DNA from: a virus
DNA: 64,000 nucleotides
Direction: 5' to 3' (one strand)
Virus record (IMG/VR): IMGVR_UViG_3300032284_001133
Span: 20,061 to 84,060 of that record
Shown: positions 17,951-28,172 of the stretch, one piece after another
Layout of the letters: each line of letters opens with the position of its first letter
Numbering within the stretch: position 1 is the first letter of the stretch
Notes under the pieces: model-generated
The model's database searches: none
What the model was told of the DNA's origin: nothing
The model's input: the letters and a program-made list of their open reading frames with translations, nothing else
Translations under genes and position numbers: made by a program

Positions 17951-20923
17951 ATGGCAGACGTAACCGGTACAATAGGTAATGAACATGTAGAACTAGATAA
18001 TGCGGCTACCGAAGCCACGTTAAGAGCATTACTGGCGGCTACCAAAGGCCTAAACCAATCTATTATCAAAATGCAACCTAAAACAGGTGGCAAAGGAGGA
18101 ATAGAAGAACTTGATAAAGCATCTGAAAAAACTGGAAAAAGTTTTGCATCTCTGGTAAAATCTGTCGGTCCTGCTGGAGTAGCATTTGATACATTAACCA
18201 AAGCGGCCAGCGGCTTAGGAGGAGTTCTTGGTTCTTTGATGGCAGGCGCTGTTAAGACTGGCGAGAATTTAATAGAGTTAGGTAAGGCGGCCGTTGAAGG
18301 CAACGCTCGAATGAGTGGTGTCTATAAGGCGTTTGAAGATCTTCCTTTTGGTATAGGTAAAGTTGCTAGCCTGTTTACCATGTTAGCAAAAATACAAGAA
18401 GCTAACCTAGATGCTTATAGACAGATGAGCAAGTCTGGTGTTAATTTTTCAGGTAGCCTAACAGATTTAAGATTAGCGGCCAGTGATGCTTATATGACCT
18501 TAGATCAGTTTACAAATTTTGTTGGAAAAAATTCTGAAGCATTAGCTATGATGGGAGAAACTGCTGATAAAGGTGCAAAGAATTTTGTTAGACTAAGTCA
18601 TTCTTTAATTGACAGTAAATTAGGTGATCAATTAATGGCTATGGGTATGACTACTGAAGAAATTAATCAAGGCATGGCCAATTATATTAAAATGTCAGGC
18701 GGTCGAACTGATAAAGAAATGCAAGATACTGCAAAATTATCAAAAGCCGCAGGTGAATATATGATGCAGTTAGATGCTCTTTCACAGATAACAGGTGAAA
18801 GCAGAGCCGCTGAAGAAGAAAAATTAAAACAAGCCACGCAAGACGCACAGTTTGAAGCAATGATGCAAGGGCTAGATGAAGAAGGCAGAAAGAAAGCTAT
18901 GGCGGCTATGGCCAATGCTTTAGCCACAGGTGGCAAAGGAGCCGCCGATGCATTAAAAGCTAAAATGTTAGGAATTCCACCTGTTACAGAAGCCGCTCAA
19001 AATTTTGTTGCATTGTATCCTAAAGCCGCATCTCATATTGAAAGAATGGGAGATGCTGTAACTGATCAAAAGAAAGGCATAGATGATGTTAATCACATAA
19101 ACGGTGAAGCCGCAGTTGCATTAGCAAAAGAAAACAAAGCCTTAGGTAAAGAAACACGAGCCGCAATAACTGCGGCAGGCGGTTCGTTAGCAAGCACTAT
19201 TACTGATGCTACTAAAACTCAAAACATGCTTAACGCTAAAGGAATTAAAACAGCCGACGACTACGATAAGATGATGAAAGACATTGCTAAGAATGAAGAA
19301 GATCGTAGAAAAAGTGAAGCAGAAGCCGCAGCCGCGGCAGAAAAATCTTTAAAAGATTTAGGCAATACTATATTATCTGCTTTAACTCCTGTGTTTAAAG
19401 CTATGGCTCCGTTGGTTACTGATATTGTAAGAAATTTTGCCAGCTGGCTTAAGAGCGTTGACATGGACAAGTTAGGTAAAGATATGGCAGGGCTTGCTAA
19501 AGCTGTTACAGAATACATGTCAAATTTATTCAGTCCAGAAGGTAGACAAAAAATTATTAATGATATCACATACTACATGAAATTAATGTTAATTGAAATT
19601 AAAAAAGCTATCATTCCTTGGTATAGTGAAGCCGATGCTGAAAAAGATAAGAAAAAATTAGATGAACAAAAATCTGCATATGATGCTCAGGCTGAACAAG
19701 TTAGACTTGCTACAGGTGCAGAGCAAAGAAAAACAGCATTAGCTTTAGACGGAGACAAAGCGGCTCAAGAAAGAGTTAAAGCTGAAAACAAAGCATCAGA
19801 AGAACGAATTAAAAATGCAAACGAACAATTAAGAGATGGTAAGATTACTAAAGAACAAGCCGAAGCTATAAGAAAACGCGAACAAGCGGACATTGATAAA
19901 AAACAAGCGGCCTTGGACATGTTAGATGCAAAGACTGGTAAACTTGATGATGCAAAACGTAAAGAATTACAAGCTCAGCAAAAGACACTTGAAGAAGGTG
20001 GAGCTGTCGCAAAAGAAAAGATGGACAAAGTCCGAGAACAAGAAATTAAAGATAAGTCAAAAGAAGGAACACTTACAGGAAAAGCAACTGGCGCTGTAGC
20101 TGGAGGTGTTACAGGAGGTGTTGCTGGTTCAGTCGGTGGAGCAACAGCAGGTGCATGGGTAGGTGGTGCAATAGGAACCTTGCTTGGACCTTTAGGAACT
20201 GTAGCCGGAGCGGCCATAGGTTCAAGTGTTGGATCTTGGCTAGGCGGCGCCGGTGGTGCATTACTCGGTGGTTACATCGGTGAAGAAGTTGGCAATGCTG
20301 TAACAGCGCCATCTGAAAAAGCGGTAAGAAAATCTATGGATGAGAAAAAGGCCTTAGAAAAACGTGCCGCAGGAGGTCCGGTTAAGAAAGGTGAGCCTTA
20401 CTGGGTGGGAGAAAGCGGCCCAGAAATTATGAAACCAGATACCGGAGGACAGATTATTCCTAACAGTATGTTACAGATGCCTGGAACTAAAGACATTAAT
20501 AGCAGTTTTGATGCTATGACTAAAGAGTTAAAATCTCAAAGTATGGGATTACCTCCTATGTCTAAAGACGCATTAAATTTTAGTTCTTTGATGCCCGATG
20601 GATTGTCAACAGCGATGAAGACCGTTGGAGCTAAAACTAGCCAACTAACTGAAGATACAAAAGAAAAAGACAAAAAATCACCAACCTTTGAAGAAATGGT
20701 TGCAGGGTTTGGTAAATCAGTACAAGAAAAAGTACTAGGAGTTACCAATAATGCAACTACTCCTCACATGACAGCAGAGCAAGGAAAAAATTTAGTATCC
20801 GAGCTACAACTGTTAAATAAACAAACAGCAGACATGTTGAAATACATTCGTGATACAGCAGATCATGCTAAAAACACAGTAGATGCAACAAAAGCTCTTA
20901 ACGGGAACATATTCGCTAGATAA
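17951..20923 (+). CDS. Tail tape-measure protein
   Basis: 990 aa, Ala/Lys-rich and helical, with a glycine-zipper segment and RAAGGPVKKGEPYWVGESGPEIMKPDTGGQIIPN, a motif typical of tape-measure C-termini. Confidence 0.8.
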   Translation: MADVTGTIGNEHVELDNAATEATLRALLAATKGLNQSIIKMQPKTGGKGGIEELDKASEKTGKSFASLVKSVGPAGVAFDTLTKAASGLGGVLGSLMAGAVKTGENLIELGKAAVEGNARMSGVYKAFEDLPFGIGKVASLFTMLAKIQEANLDAYRQMSKSGVNFSGSLTDLRLAASDAYMTLDQFTNFVGKNSEALAMMGETADKGAKNFVRLSHSLIDSKLGDQLMAMGMTTEEINQGMANYIKMSGGRTDKEMQDTAKLSKAAGEYMMQLDALSQITGESRAAEEEKLKQATQDAQFEAMMQGLDEEGRKKAMAAMANALATGGKGAADALKAKMLGIPPVTEAAQNFVALYPKAASHIERMGDAVTDQKKGIDDVNHINGEAAVALAKENKALGKETRAAITAAGGSLASTITDATKTQNMLNAKGIKTADDYDKMMKDIAKNEEDRRKSEAEAAAAAEKSLKDLGNTILSALTPVFKAMAPLVTDIVRNFASWLKSVDMDKLGKDMAGLAKAVTEYMSNLFSPEGRQKIINDITYYMKLMLIEIKKAIIPWYSEADAEKDKKKLDEQKSAYDAQAEQVRLATGAEQRKTALALDGDKAAQERVKAENKASEERIKNANEQLRDGKITKEQAEAIRKREQADIDKKQAALDMLDAKTGKLDDAKRKELQAQQKTLEEGGAVAKEKMDKVREQEIKDKSKEGTLTGKATGAVAGGVTGGVAGSVGGATAGAWVGGAIGTLLGPLGTVAGAAIGSSVGSWLGGAGGALLGGYIGEEVGNAVTAPSEKAVRKSMDEKKALEKRAAGGPVKKGEPYWVGESGPEIMKPDTGGQIIPNSMLQMPGTKDINSSFDAMTKELKSQSMGLPPMSKDALNFSSLMPDGLSTAMKTVGAKTSQLTEDTKEKDKKSPTFEEMVAGFGKSVQEKVLGVTNNATTPHMTAEQGKNLVSELQLLNKQTADMLKYIRDTADHAKNTVDATKALNGNIFAR

Positions 20924-20925
20924 TT

Positions 20926-22656
20926 ATGAGTTGGAAAAAATACTTTACACCAGTTAACATATCTGGATCAATGAGTCCTATATCGGGCTCTACAATGCCT
21001 ACAGGTAGTAAATCAAACTACAGCTCATACCTTCCAGATGTTTATTCCGGGCATCCAAACCGACTTGAACGATACAGTCAATACGACACAATGGATACCG
21101 ATAGTGAAGTTAACGCGGCATTAGATATTCTAGCAGAATTTTGCACTCAAACAAACGACGAAAATGCTACACCTTTTGAAATTTTCTTTAAGGAACAAGC
21201 AACTAGTTCAGAAATTAAAATTATTAAAAAATATCTACAGCAGTGGACTAAATTAAACAAATTTACTAATCGAATCTTTAAGATAGTAAGAAATGCATTT
21301 AAATTTGGAGATGCATTTTTTGTTCGAGATCCAGAAACACTAGCATGGATGTATGTAGATCCTAGCAAAGTAGATAAAATTATTGTTAATGAAAGTGATG
21401 GTAAGAAACCAGAACAGTATGTTATTCGAGATTTAAACATTAATTTTCAAAATTTAACAGTAACTCAAATCAACCCAAGTAATCAAAATGCAACTCCGGG
21501 TGGTACAGCTTATGTAACAGGTGGTTCACATCAGCAAGGTATGGTTGGTGCGTATCCTCAATCAGCAGGCGGGAGATTTGGAGTTAATCAAAATCAATGG
21601 GCAATTGACGCTAAACATGTCATTCATATTAGTATGAGCGAAGGTTTAGATAATAACTTTCCTTTTGGAAATAGTCTGTTAGAATCAATTTTTAAAGTCT
21701 ACAAGCAAAAAGAATTGCTTGAAGATGCTATTATCATATATCGTGTACAACGTGCTCCTGAGCGCAGAGTATTCTATATCGACGTAGGCAATATGCCATC
21801 ACATTTAGCAATGAGCTTCGTAGAGCGTGTTAAGAATGAAGTTAATCAACGCCGTATACCATCTGTTACAGGTGGCGGTCAATCGGTTATTGATGCTTCA
21901 TATAACCCATTAAGTATCAACGAAGATTATTTCTTTCCACAGACAGCAGAAGGTAGAGGATCAAAAGTTGAGATTTTACCCGGCGGTACAAACTTAGGTG
22001 AAATTGATGACTTACGCTACTTTACTAATAAATTGTTTAGAGCTTTACGTATTCCTAGCTCTTATCTACCAACTGGTCCGGATGACGGAGGAAGCTCCTT
22101 TAATGATGGACGAGTTGGGACAGCCTATATACAAGAATTGCGATTCAACAAATACTGTGAACGACTACAAAGTTTAATGAATGAAACATTTGATTCTGAA
22201 TTTAAACAATATATGTTTAATAAAGGTATTAACTTTGATCCTAATATCTTTGATTTAAAATTTAATCCTCCGCAAAACTTTGCTTCATATCGTCAAGCAG
22301 AAATGGATACTGCTCGCGTTGGTACATTTGGTACGCTAGTGGCTGTGCCTTTTATGAGCAAACGATTTGCTATGAAACGTTTCTTAGGTATGACTGCTGA
22401 AGAAATTAGTGAAAACGAACAAATGTGGAAAGAAGAAAACGGTCTTTCTGAAAATAAACTACCTGCACTTTCTGAATTACGATCAGCTGGAATTACTTCT
22501 GGTAACATGGAAAGCGATATACAAGATCTATCACAAAGTCAACCCCCTCCTGAAGGCATGGAGGGAGGATTAGATATGGATACCAGTGGGGCTCCGGCCC
22601 CAAGTGCCGCACAAGGCGGTCCTGCAAGCGGTGCTAATCCTGCACCTCCTATGTAA
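20926..22656 (+). CDS. gp20: Portal vertex protein
   Basis: LLEDAIIIYRVQRAPERRVFYIDVGNMP, EDYFFPQTAEGRGSKVEILPGG, YFTNKLFRALRIPSS. Confidence 0.95.
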   Translation: MSWKKYFTPVNISGSMSPISGSTMPTGSKSNYSSYLPDVYSGHPNRLERYSQYDTMDTDSEVNAALDILAEFCTQTNDENATPFEIFFKEQATSSEIKIIKKYLQQWTKLNKFTNRIFKIVRNAFKFGDAFFVRDPETLAWMYVDPSKVDKIIVNESDGKKPEQYVIRDLNINFQNLTVTQINPSNQNATPGGTAYVTGGSHQQGMVGAYPQSAGGRFGVNQNQWAIDAKHVIHISMSEGLDNNFPFGNSLLESIFKVYKQKELLEDAIIIYRVQRAPERRVFYIDVGNMPSHLAMSFVERVKNEVNQRRIPSVTGGGQSVIDASYNPLSINEDYFFPQTAEGRGSKVEILPGGTNLGEIDDLRYFTNKLFRALRIPSSYLPTGPDDGGSSFNDGRVGTAYIQELRFNKYCERLQSLMNETFDSEFKQYMFNKGINFDPNIFDLKFNPPQNFASYRQAEMDTARVGTFGTLVAVPFMSKRFAMKRFLGMTAEEISENEQMWKEENGLSENKLPALSELRSAGITSGNMESDIQDLSQSQPPPEGMEGGLDMDTSGAPAPSAAQGGPASGANPAPPM

Positions 22657-22672
22657 TTTGGTAAATATAGAC

Positions 22673-22912
22673 ATGCTACTTAACGAATTCATTTATTTTA
22701 ACAAAGATTCTGAAGAGATGTCTTCTAACGATCGTTTTGACCCAACACATGACGATTCAGTTATTAATTCTAAAGACCTAAGAAAGACTAGATTAACATT
22801 AAAAATGTTAAATGATTTACGCAAAGCTGGTGATTCTAGAGAACAAGAACAAAAAGAAGATTTAGAATTAGTACAGACAATGTACAAAATCCCTGAAGAA
22901 CAGCCAGCATAA
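22673..22912 (+). CDS. Small head-operon protein (79 aa; start corrected to ATG 22673)
   Basis: MLLNEF...RKTRLTLKMLNDLRK. TAAATA at 22662-22667 lies 5 nt upstream. Confidence 0.7.
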   Translation: MLLNEFIYFNKDSEEMSSNDRFDPTHDDSVINSKDLRKTRLTLKMLNDLRKAGDSREQEQKEDLELVQTMYKIPEEQPA

Positions 22913-22917
22913 TAATC

Positions 22918-23061
22918 TATCCTGATAACTTTTCAGGATAAATTCTTAAATATTATTAACAAAAGAATCAAAAAACCCAAAAATTTTTGGGTAACTGAGG
23001 TCAAAAATGCTCGTTTTTGGCCTATTTCGCATAACTAAATCGAAATGGCTGTAAATACAGC
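22918..23061 (+). promoter_or_regulatory. Cluster of five inverted repeats with two TAAATA boxes upstream of the core/scaffold genes
   Basis: TATCCTGA/TCAGGATA; perfect palindrome ACCCAAAAATTTTTGGGT; AGGTCAAAAATG/CGTTTTTGGCCT; ATTTCG/CGAAAT; GCTGT/ACAGC. Confidence 0.55.
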
Positions 23062-23104
23062 ATATGACAAGCCTTGCCGCAAAACTAATTTAAGGAGAAC
23101 CCGC

Positions 23105-24133
23105 ATGTCTAACAAGTTTGAACAACTATTAGATCTTCTTGTTAACGAAGAACATGAAAAAGCCAATGAACTATTTCATGAAATCGTTGTAGAGAAGTCT
23201 AGAAGTATCTATGAAAATTTAATTGCTGAAGAAGCAGATGAAGAAATGGAAGAAGATTCCGAAGAACAGGAAGATGAAGCCGTTGAAGAAGAAACTACAT
23301 TTGAAATCGGTGGCGATAGTGCTGACGATTTAGTAGGTGGAATTGAAGACCACGATGCTATGGATGCCGCAGGCGCTGATGATGAATTTGGCGACGAGGA
23401 AGGCGACGATGCATTTGGTGGTGACGAAATGGGTGGTGAAGAAGACCTAGAAGATAAAGTTATGGATTTAGAAGATGCTTTAGAAGAGTTAAAAGCTGAA
23501 TTTGAAGCTTTATTAGCTGGCGAAGAACACGAAGAAGAAAAAGATCCTGATATCCACGGTCATGCTTTAGACGACATCGAAGGTAAAGATGACGAAGATG
23601 ACGAAGAAGATGACGAAGAAGATGACGAAGAAGATGAAGACATGATGCCTACAGAAAGTCGTCAATTTACTCGTGAATATCGCGAAACAGTTGGAAACGA
23701 CTGGGATAAGGGTAAGCAAAAAGAACAAGGTAAAAACGTAGGTGGTGGTTCTGGTGAATCATATCCTGCACCTGTAGAAGGTAAGAGCCCTACAAGTTCT
23801 GGTAAAGGTAAGCCACAAAGTGGTGCAAACGCAAGTAACATCGCACAAGGTGGTACAGGCGTAGGTGAAATGAGTGGTACAAGTCCTAATGCAGACAAAG
23901 GTAGCCGCGGTTTAGTTGGCGGTACTAAAGGTGAATTCACTAAAGGTGTTGAAAAGAACATCTCTAGCTCATCTAAGTCTAGCATGAAAGATGGCGCAAA
24001 ACTAGAAAAACAAGGTTCTGGTTATCCTAATAATAACAAATCAGCAGGTCCAGTAGGTTCTGGAACAGGCGACAAAGCTGGTCAAACTAGCATTGGTAGC
24101 CAAAAGTCAATTGTTGACCACAAGATTGGTTAA
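23105..24133 (+). CDS. Highly acidic prohead core/scaffold-like protein (start corrected to ATG 23105)
   Basis: SD TAAGGAG before MSNKFEQLL. Asp/Glu-rich, and located between portal and protease like T4 gp67/gp68. Confidence 0.7.
   Translation: MSNKFEQLLDLLVNEEHEKANELFHEIVVEKSRSIYENLIAEEADEEMEEDSEEQEDEAVEEETTFEIGGDSADDLVGGIEDHDAMDAAGADDEFGDEEGDDAFGGDEMGGEEDLEDKVMDLEDALEELKAEFEALLAGEEHEEEKDPDIHGHALDDIEGKDDEDDEEDDEEDDEEDEDMMPTESRQFTREYRETVGNDWDKGKQKEQGKNVGGGSGESYPAPVEGKSPTSSGKGKPQSGANASNIAQGGTGVGEMSGTSPNADKGSRGLVGGTKGEFTKGVEKNISSSSKSSMKDGAKLEKQGSGYPNNNKSAGPVGSGTGDKAGQTSIGSQKSIVDHKIG
23588..23632 (+). repeat. Coding tandem repeat GATGACGAAGAA x3 plus a partial copy (DDEE)
   Basis: Read directly from the sequence. 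Confidence 0.85.
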
Positions 24134-24145
24134 TAGGAAATCTTA

Positions 24146-24775
24146 ATGAAACATTCTTATCTAAGAGAACATCTAAGTTTTGATCAAGCTCGAGTAATAC
24201 TTGAGTCTCAAGGCGAGGATGGCAAAGACCTTTACTTAAAAGGAATTGCTATTCAAGGTGGTATTCGTAATGCAAACCAGCGGGTTTATCCAGTAGACGA
24301 AATTACCACCGCCGTAAAGACTCTAAACGATCAGATTAAAAATGGATATTCTGTTTTAGGTGAGGTTGATCATCCAGATGATTTAAAAGTAAATTTAGAC
24401 CGTGTTAGCCACATGATTACAGATATGTGGATGGACGGTCCAAATGGTTACGGGAAGATGAAAATTCTTCCTACCCCGATGGGTCAACTAGTTCGTACTA
24501 TGCTTGAGGCAGGTGTAAAACTTGGCGTCAGTTCACGCGGTAGCGGAAACGTTAACGAAATGAACGGTGAAGTAGCCGACTTTGAAATTATTACAGTAGA
24601 TATAGTTGCTCAACCTAGTGCGCCAGGAGCTTATCCTACACCAGTATATGAACATCTTATGAATAATAAAGGTGGCTATTATGCATGGAGGGTTGCGCAA
24701 GAGGTAAAAGAAGATCCGAAAGCCCAGAAGTATCTTAAGGAATCAATGCTTAAGATTATTAACGGGTTAAAATAA
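24146..24775 (+). CDS. gp21: Prohead protease
   Basis: RNANQRVYP, LGEVDHP, GVSSRGSG, DIVAQPSAPGAY. Confidence 0.95.
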   Translation: MKHSYLREHLSFDQARVILESQGEDGKDLYLKGIAIQGGIRNANQRVYPVDEITTAVKTLNDQIKNGYSVLGEVDHPDDLKVNLDRVSHMITDMWMDGPNGYGKMKILPTPMGQLVRTMLEAGVKLGVSSRGSGNVNEMNGEVADFEIITVDIVAQPSAPGAYPTPVYEHLMNNKGGYYAWRVAQEVKEDPKAQKYLKESMLKIINGLK

Positions 24776-24784
24776 GGAGAAACA

Positions 24785-25894
24785 GTGATGTTGGACGCAT
24801 TCAAACAACTAGTAGAAAGTGGTATGATGTCAGAAGAAATTAAATCTGAAATTGAAACCGCTTTTAATACTAAGATTCAAGAAAATCGCGACCAAGTCAC
24901 CGCTGAATTAAGAGAAGAGTTTGCTCAAAAATATGCGCACGATAAGGCGCAGATTGTTGAAGGACTTGACAAACTAGTCAGCGAGCGATTGGCCGTGGAA
25001 ATGGCTGAACTTGCAGATGATAAAAAAGCTCTAGCAGAAGCTAAAGTTGCCTATCATAACAAGATGGATGCAGATGCTAAAGTAATGGAAGCATTTGTTC
25101 TAAAACAGCTAACAAAAGAAATGCACGAATTCCAAAGCGACCGTCAAAAAGTTGCAGAGAATTTTGGCAAACTAGAACAGTTCATTGTAACTGCTCTAGC
25201 AAAAGAAATCCAAGAATTTGCCGTAGACAAGCGTGATCTAGCTGAAACAAAAGTTAAGTTAGTTCGTGAAGCTAAGACTAAATTCGAAGATATCAAAGCA
25301 CGTTTCATTCAACGTAGTTCTAAGATTGTTCAAGAAGCAGTTGCTACACAGTTGAAATCAGAAATCAAGCAATTGAAAGAAGATATCGATTCAGCACGTC
25401 AGAACAGCTTTGGACGTAAAATGTTTGAAACGTTTGCACAAGAGTATAGCACAAGCTACCTAAATGAAAAGTCTGAAACAGCCAAGCTATTAAAAGCTAT
25501 TGCTAAGAAAGATCAAGAGTTAGCTGAAGCAAAATCAGCAGTTGCAGAAAAAGCTCAATTAGTTGAATCTAAAGAAAGAGAAATCCGTATTCAGAAAAAC
25601 CAAGCAGAGCGTAAGGCTGTAATGAGCGAGATGTTAGCACCACTAAGTGCTGACAAGAGAGCAATTATGCAAGACCTTTTAGAAAGTGTACAAACTCCTA
25701 AACTTGCTACTGCTTTTGAGAAATACCTACCCGCAGTTATGGAAGGCGCAACACAGAAAATTGTTAAGGCAGAACAAAAACCTGCTAAAACAATGATTAA
25801 TGAAGGCACTGAAGTTACTGGTGATCGCGAAGCTAAACCCGCGGTAGGCTTAGATAACATCTTAGACATCCGCAAGTTAGCGGGCCTAAAATAA
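24785..25894 (+). CDS. gp22: Prohead core scaffold protein
   Basis: Glu/Lys/Ala-rich coiled coil between gp21 and gp23; SD TAAGGAG (start GTG 24785 or ATG 24788). Confidence 0.85.
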   Translation: MMLDAFKQLVESGMMSEEIKSEIETAFNTKIQENRDQVTAELREEFAQKYAHDKAQIVEGLDKLVSERLAVEMAELADDKKALAEAKVAYHNKMDADAKVMEAFVLKQLTKEMHEFQSDRQKVAENFGKLEQFIVTALAKEIQEFAVDKRDLAETKVKLVREAKTKFEDIKARFIQRSSKIVQEAVATQLKSEIKQLKEDIDSARQNSFGRKMFETFAQEYSTSYLNEKSETAKLLKAIAKKDQELAEAKSAVAEKAQLVESKEREIRIQKNQAERKAVMSEMLAPLSADKRAIMQDLLESVQTPKLATAFEKYLPAVMEGATQKIVKAEQKPAKTMINEGTEVTGDREAKPAVGLDNILDIRKLAGLK

Positions 25895-25914
25895 TTATAT
25901 TCAAGGAGACATAA

Positions 25915-27090
25915 ATGTCACAATTATTAAATGAAAGATGGTCAGAGACCAAAGAAGCTCTGCTTGAAGGCCTACAAGGTACCCGTCGTTCTTCTATGCA
26001 AATTTGTTTAGAAAACACACGTAAGTATCTAGCAGAAGCCGCAACAGCAGGTGCAACAAGTTCTGGTAATATCGCAACTTTAAACCGCGTTATTCTTCCA
26101 GTAATTCGTCGTGTTATGCCAACAGTTATCGCTAATGAAATTATTGGCGTTCAACCTATGACAGGTCCAGTTGGACAAATTCACACTCTACGTGTTCGTT
26201 ATGCTGATACTAGCACTGAAGTCGTAGCAGGTGAAGAAGCATTAAGCCCATTCAAGATTGCTCAGGCTTATTCTGGTAACAACAATGCGACAACTCCAAA
26301 AGCTGCCGCAACAAGCCAGCTAGAAGGTCAACCAGGCAACAGAATGAGCATCCAAATCTTGAAAGCTAGCGTTGAAGCTAAGTCTCGTAAACTAAGCGCA
26401 CGTTGGACTTTTGAGGCTGCTCAAGATGCACAAGCACAACAAGGTATTGATATCGAAGCAGAAATCATGGCCGCTTTAGCTCAAGAAATTACAGCTGAAA
26501 TCGACCAAGAAATTCTAGCTTCTCTACGTGCGTTAGCTAGCGTAGAAGCAACTTATGATCAATCATTAGTTTCTGGTACAGCAACATTCGTTGGTGATGA
26601 ACACGCCGCATTGGCAATTCTAATCAACCGTACAGCTAACTTAATTGCTCAACGTACACGTCGTGGTGCGGCTAACTGGGCAGTTATTTCTAACCAAGCA
26701 TTGACAATTCTACAATCTGCTACTACAAGCGCATTTGCTCGTACAACAGAAGGTACATTCGAAGCTCCAACAAACACCAAGTTCGTTGGTACATTGAATG
26801 GCGCTATGCGTGTTTATGTTGACGCATACAAAGTTGACAGCGATGACAACAACCAAGTATTGTTAGGTTATAAGGGTTCTAGCGAGGCTGATGCCGCCGC
26901 ATTCTATTGCCCATATATTCCTCTAATGAGCTCTGGTGTTGTTCTAGACCCAGCAACATTTGAACCAGTAGTTGGTTTCTTAACACGTTACGGTTATGTA
27001 GAACTTTCTAACACAGCAAGTTCTCTAGGTAACGCTGCCGACTACCTAGGTAAGGTTGCTATTACTAGCGCAAACGTAAGTTTCCAATAA
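25915..27090 (+). CDS. gp23: Major capsid protein
   Basis: VIRRVMPTVIANEIIGVQPMTGPVGQIHTLR, AKSRKLSARWTFEAAQD, FYCPYIPL, TRYG. Confidence 0.96.
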   Translation: MSQLLNERWSETKEALLEGLQGTRRSSMQICLENTRKYLAEAATAGATSSGNIATLNRVILPVIRRVMPTVIANEIIGVQPMTGPVGQIHTLRVRYADTSTEVVAGEEALSPFKIAQAYSGNNNATTPKAAATSQLEGQPGNRMSIQILKASVEAKSRKLSARWTFEAAQDAQAQQGIDIEAEIMAALAQEITAEIDQEILASLRALASVEATYDQSLVSGTATFVGDEHAALAILINRTANLIAQRTRRGAANWAVISNQALTILQSATTSAFARTTEGTFEAPTNTKFVGTLNGAMRVYVDAYKVDSDDNNQVLLGYKGSSEADAAAFYCPYIPLMSSGVVLDPATFEPVVGFLTRYGYVELSNTASSLGNAADYLGKVAITSANVSFQ

Positions 27091-27116
27091 TCTTTTTAAG
27101 GTTATTAAACTACACC

Positions 27117-27142
27117 AAAAAAGCACCTTCGGGTGCTTTTTT
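27117..27142 (+). terminator. Rho-independent terminator after gp23
   Basis: AAAAAAGCACC-TTCG-GGTGCTTTTTT. Confidence 0.9.
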
Positions 27143-27144
27143 GT

Positions 27145-27221
27145 TAAATACAGTGTCTAGATTATTATGCTGTACCCACAGCGTAGGGCCTAGAACGCTC
27201 ATAATTCAAAGGAGAAACAAA
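27145..27221 (+). promoter_or_regulatory. Late promoter box plus structured 5' leader
   Basis: TAAATA 27145-27150; stems ATTATG/CATAAT, GCTGT/ACAGC and AGCGT/ACGCT; SD AAGGAG. Confidence 0.5.
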
Positions 27222-28133
27222 ATGGGACGTCCTCTAAAAAAGAGATATTTTTTAAAAAATAATACACCTTCTGATGTAGTAAAATACGAAGGTGTTACAG
27301 TAAGCATCAATTCTAATGGTACTGGTTACTCAACCGGTGCTGTAGCAAAATTTTCAGCACCACAAGATGCCGCAGGTGTTACAGCAACATTAGGCTTAAC
27401 AATTACTCCAGCAGGTGGAATTACTGCCGCTAGTATTACTAACGTTGGTTCTGGTTATAATGCCGCCCCAACAGTTACAGTAACTCCAGCCGCTACACAA
27501 AATAACACAGCAGTAGCAACTTCTTCAAGTTTCACACTTACAAACGTTTCTGGTGTAAACGGAATTTATCCAGGTATGTTAGTTAGTGGTTGGAGCGGAT
27601 TAACAGCTTTCTCGCATGTTGCTAGTGTAGGTACAAATACAATTACACTTGATAAAGCTATTACTGCTTCAGGTGGCTCTACTGGAACTAGTGTAACATT
27701 TAGCTATTCTGATACAGGTACTGGTGCTACATTTACAGTTGGACTAACACCAACTGAAATTCTTCCAGGTACTATTGCGGCAACAGCATACTTAACAACA
27801 GGTTCAGGTGCTGTAACTTCTGCTATTATTAAACAAGAAGGCTCACGTAGCTATCTAGTTGAAAATACACAAGGCCGTGGCCGTGTTAAATTGGCTACAA
27901 CTGATGCTTTAACAGCAGGTACAATGAAAATTATTGCTACCGACGGAGCAGGTTCTACGTATTATGTAAAAAAATTAACTGCACGTAAAGTTTCTTTAGT
28001 TAGTCGTACAAACACAAGTACAGGAGTAATTACTTTAACCAGTGATGGTACTTATACTGTTGGTACAGCAAAATGGACTGCAGGTGTAGCAACAGGTACA
28101 CAACAAGTTACTATTGGTACAAATACAATTTAA
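27222..28133 (+). CDS. Putative virion structural protein, possibly capsid decoration (start corrected to ATG 27222)
   Basis: SD AAGGAG before MGRPLKKRYF. Thr/Gly-rich beta protein with GTGYS/GSGYN motifs, directly after gp23. Confidence 0.7.
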   Translation: MGRPLKKRYFLKNNTPSDVVKYEGVTVSINSNGTGYSTGAVAKFSAPQDAAGVTATLGLTITPAGGITAASITNVGSGYNAAPTVTVTPAATQNNTAVATSSSFTLTNVSGVNGIYPGMLVSGWSGLTAFSHVASVGTNTITLDKAITASGGSTGTSVTFSYSDTGTGATFTVGLTPTEILPGTIAATAYLTTGSGAVTSAIIKQEGSRSYLVENTQGRGRVKLATTDALTAGTMKIIATDGAGSTYYVKKLTARKVSLVSRTNTSTGVITLTSDGTYTVGTAKWTAGVATGTQQVTIGTNTI

Positions 28134-28138
28134 ATTTG

Positions 28139-28147
28139 TGTTATAAT
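28139..28147 (+). promoter_or_regulatory. Extended -10 sigma70-type element
   Basis: TG-T-TATAAT 25 nt upstream of ATG 28173. Confidence 0.4.
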
Positions 28148-28172
28148 AAGGGGGAGTAATCCCCCTTTTCTT
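28148..28172 (+). terminator. Rho-independent terminator
   Basis: AAGGGGGA-GTAA-TCCCCCTT followed by TTCTT. Confidence 0.75.

Noticed and set aside
17878-18303. ORF-track N-terminal extension of the 430-aa minus ORF
   Set aside because: It overlaps the tape-measure gene in antisense; a GTG with SD at 17877 marks the plausible start.
22586-27221. ORF-track starts at 22586, 23045 and 27141
   Set aside because: They overlap the portal gene, hairpins or a terminator; better starts with SD or promoter support are at 22673, 23105 and 27222.
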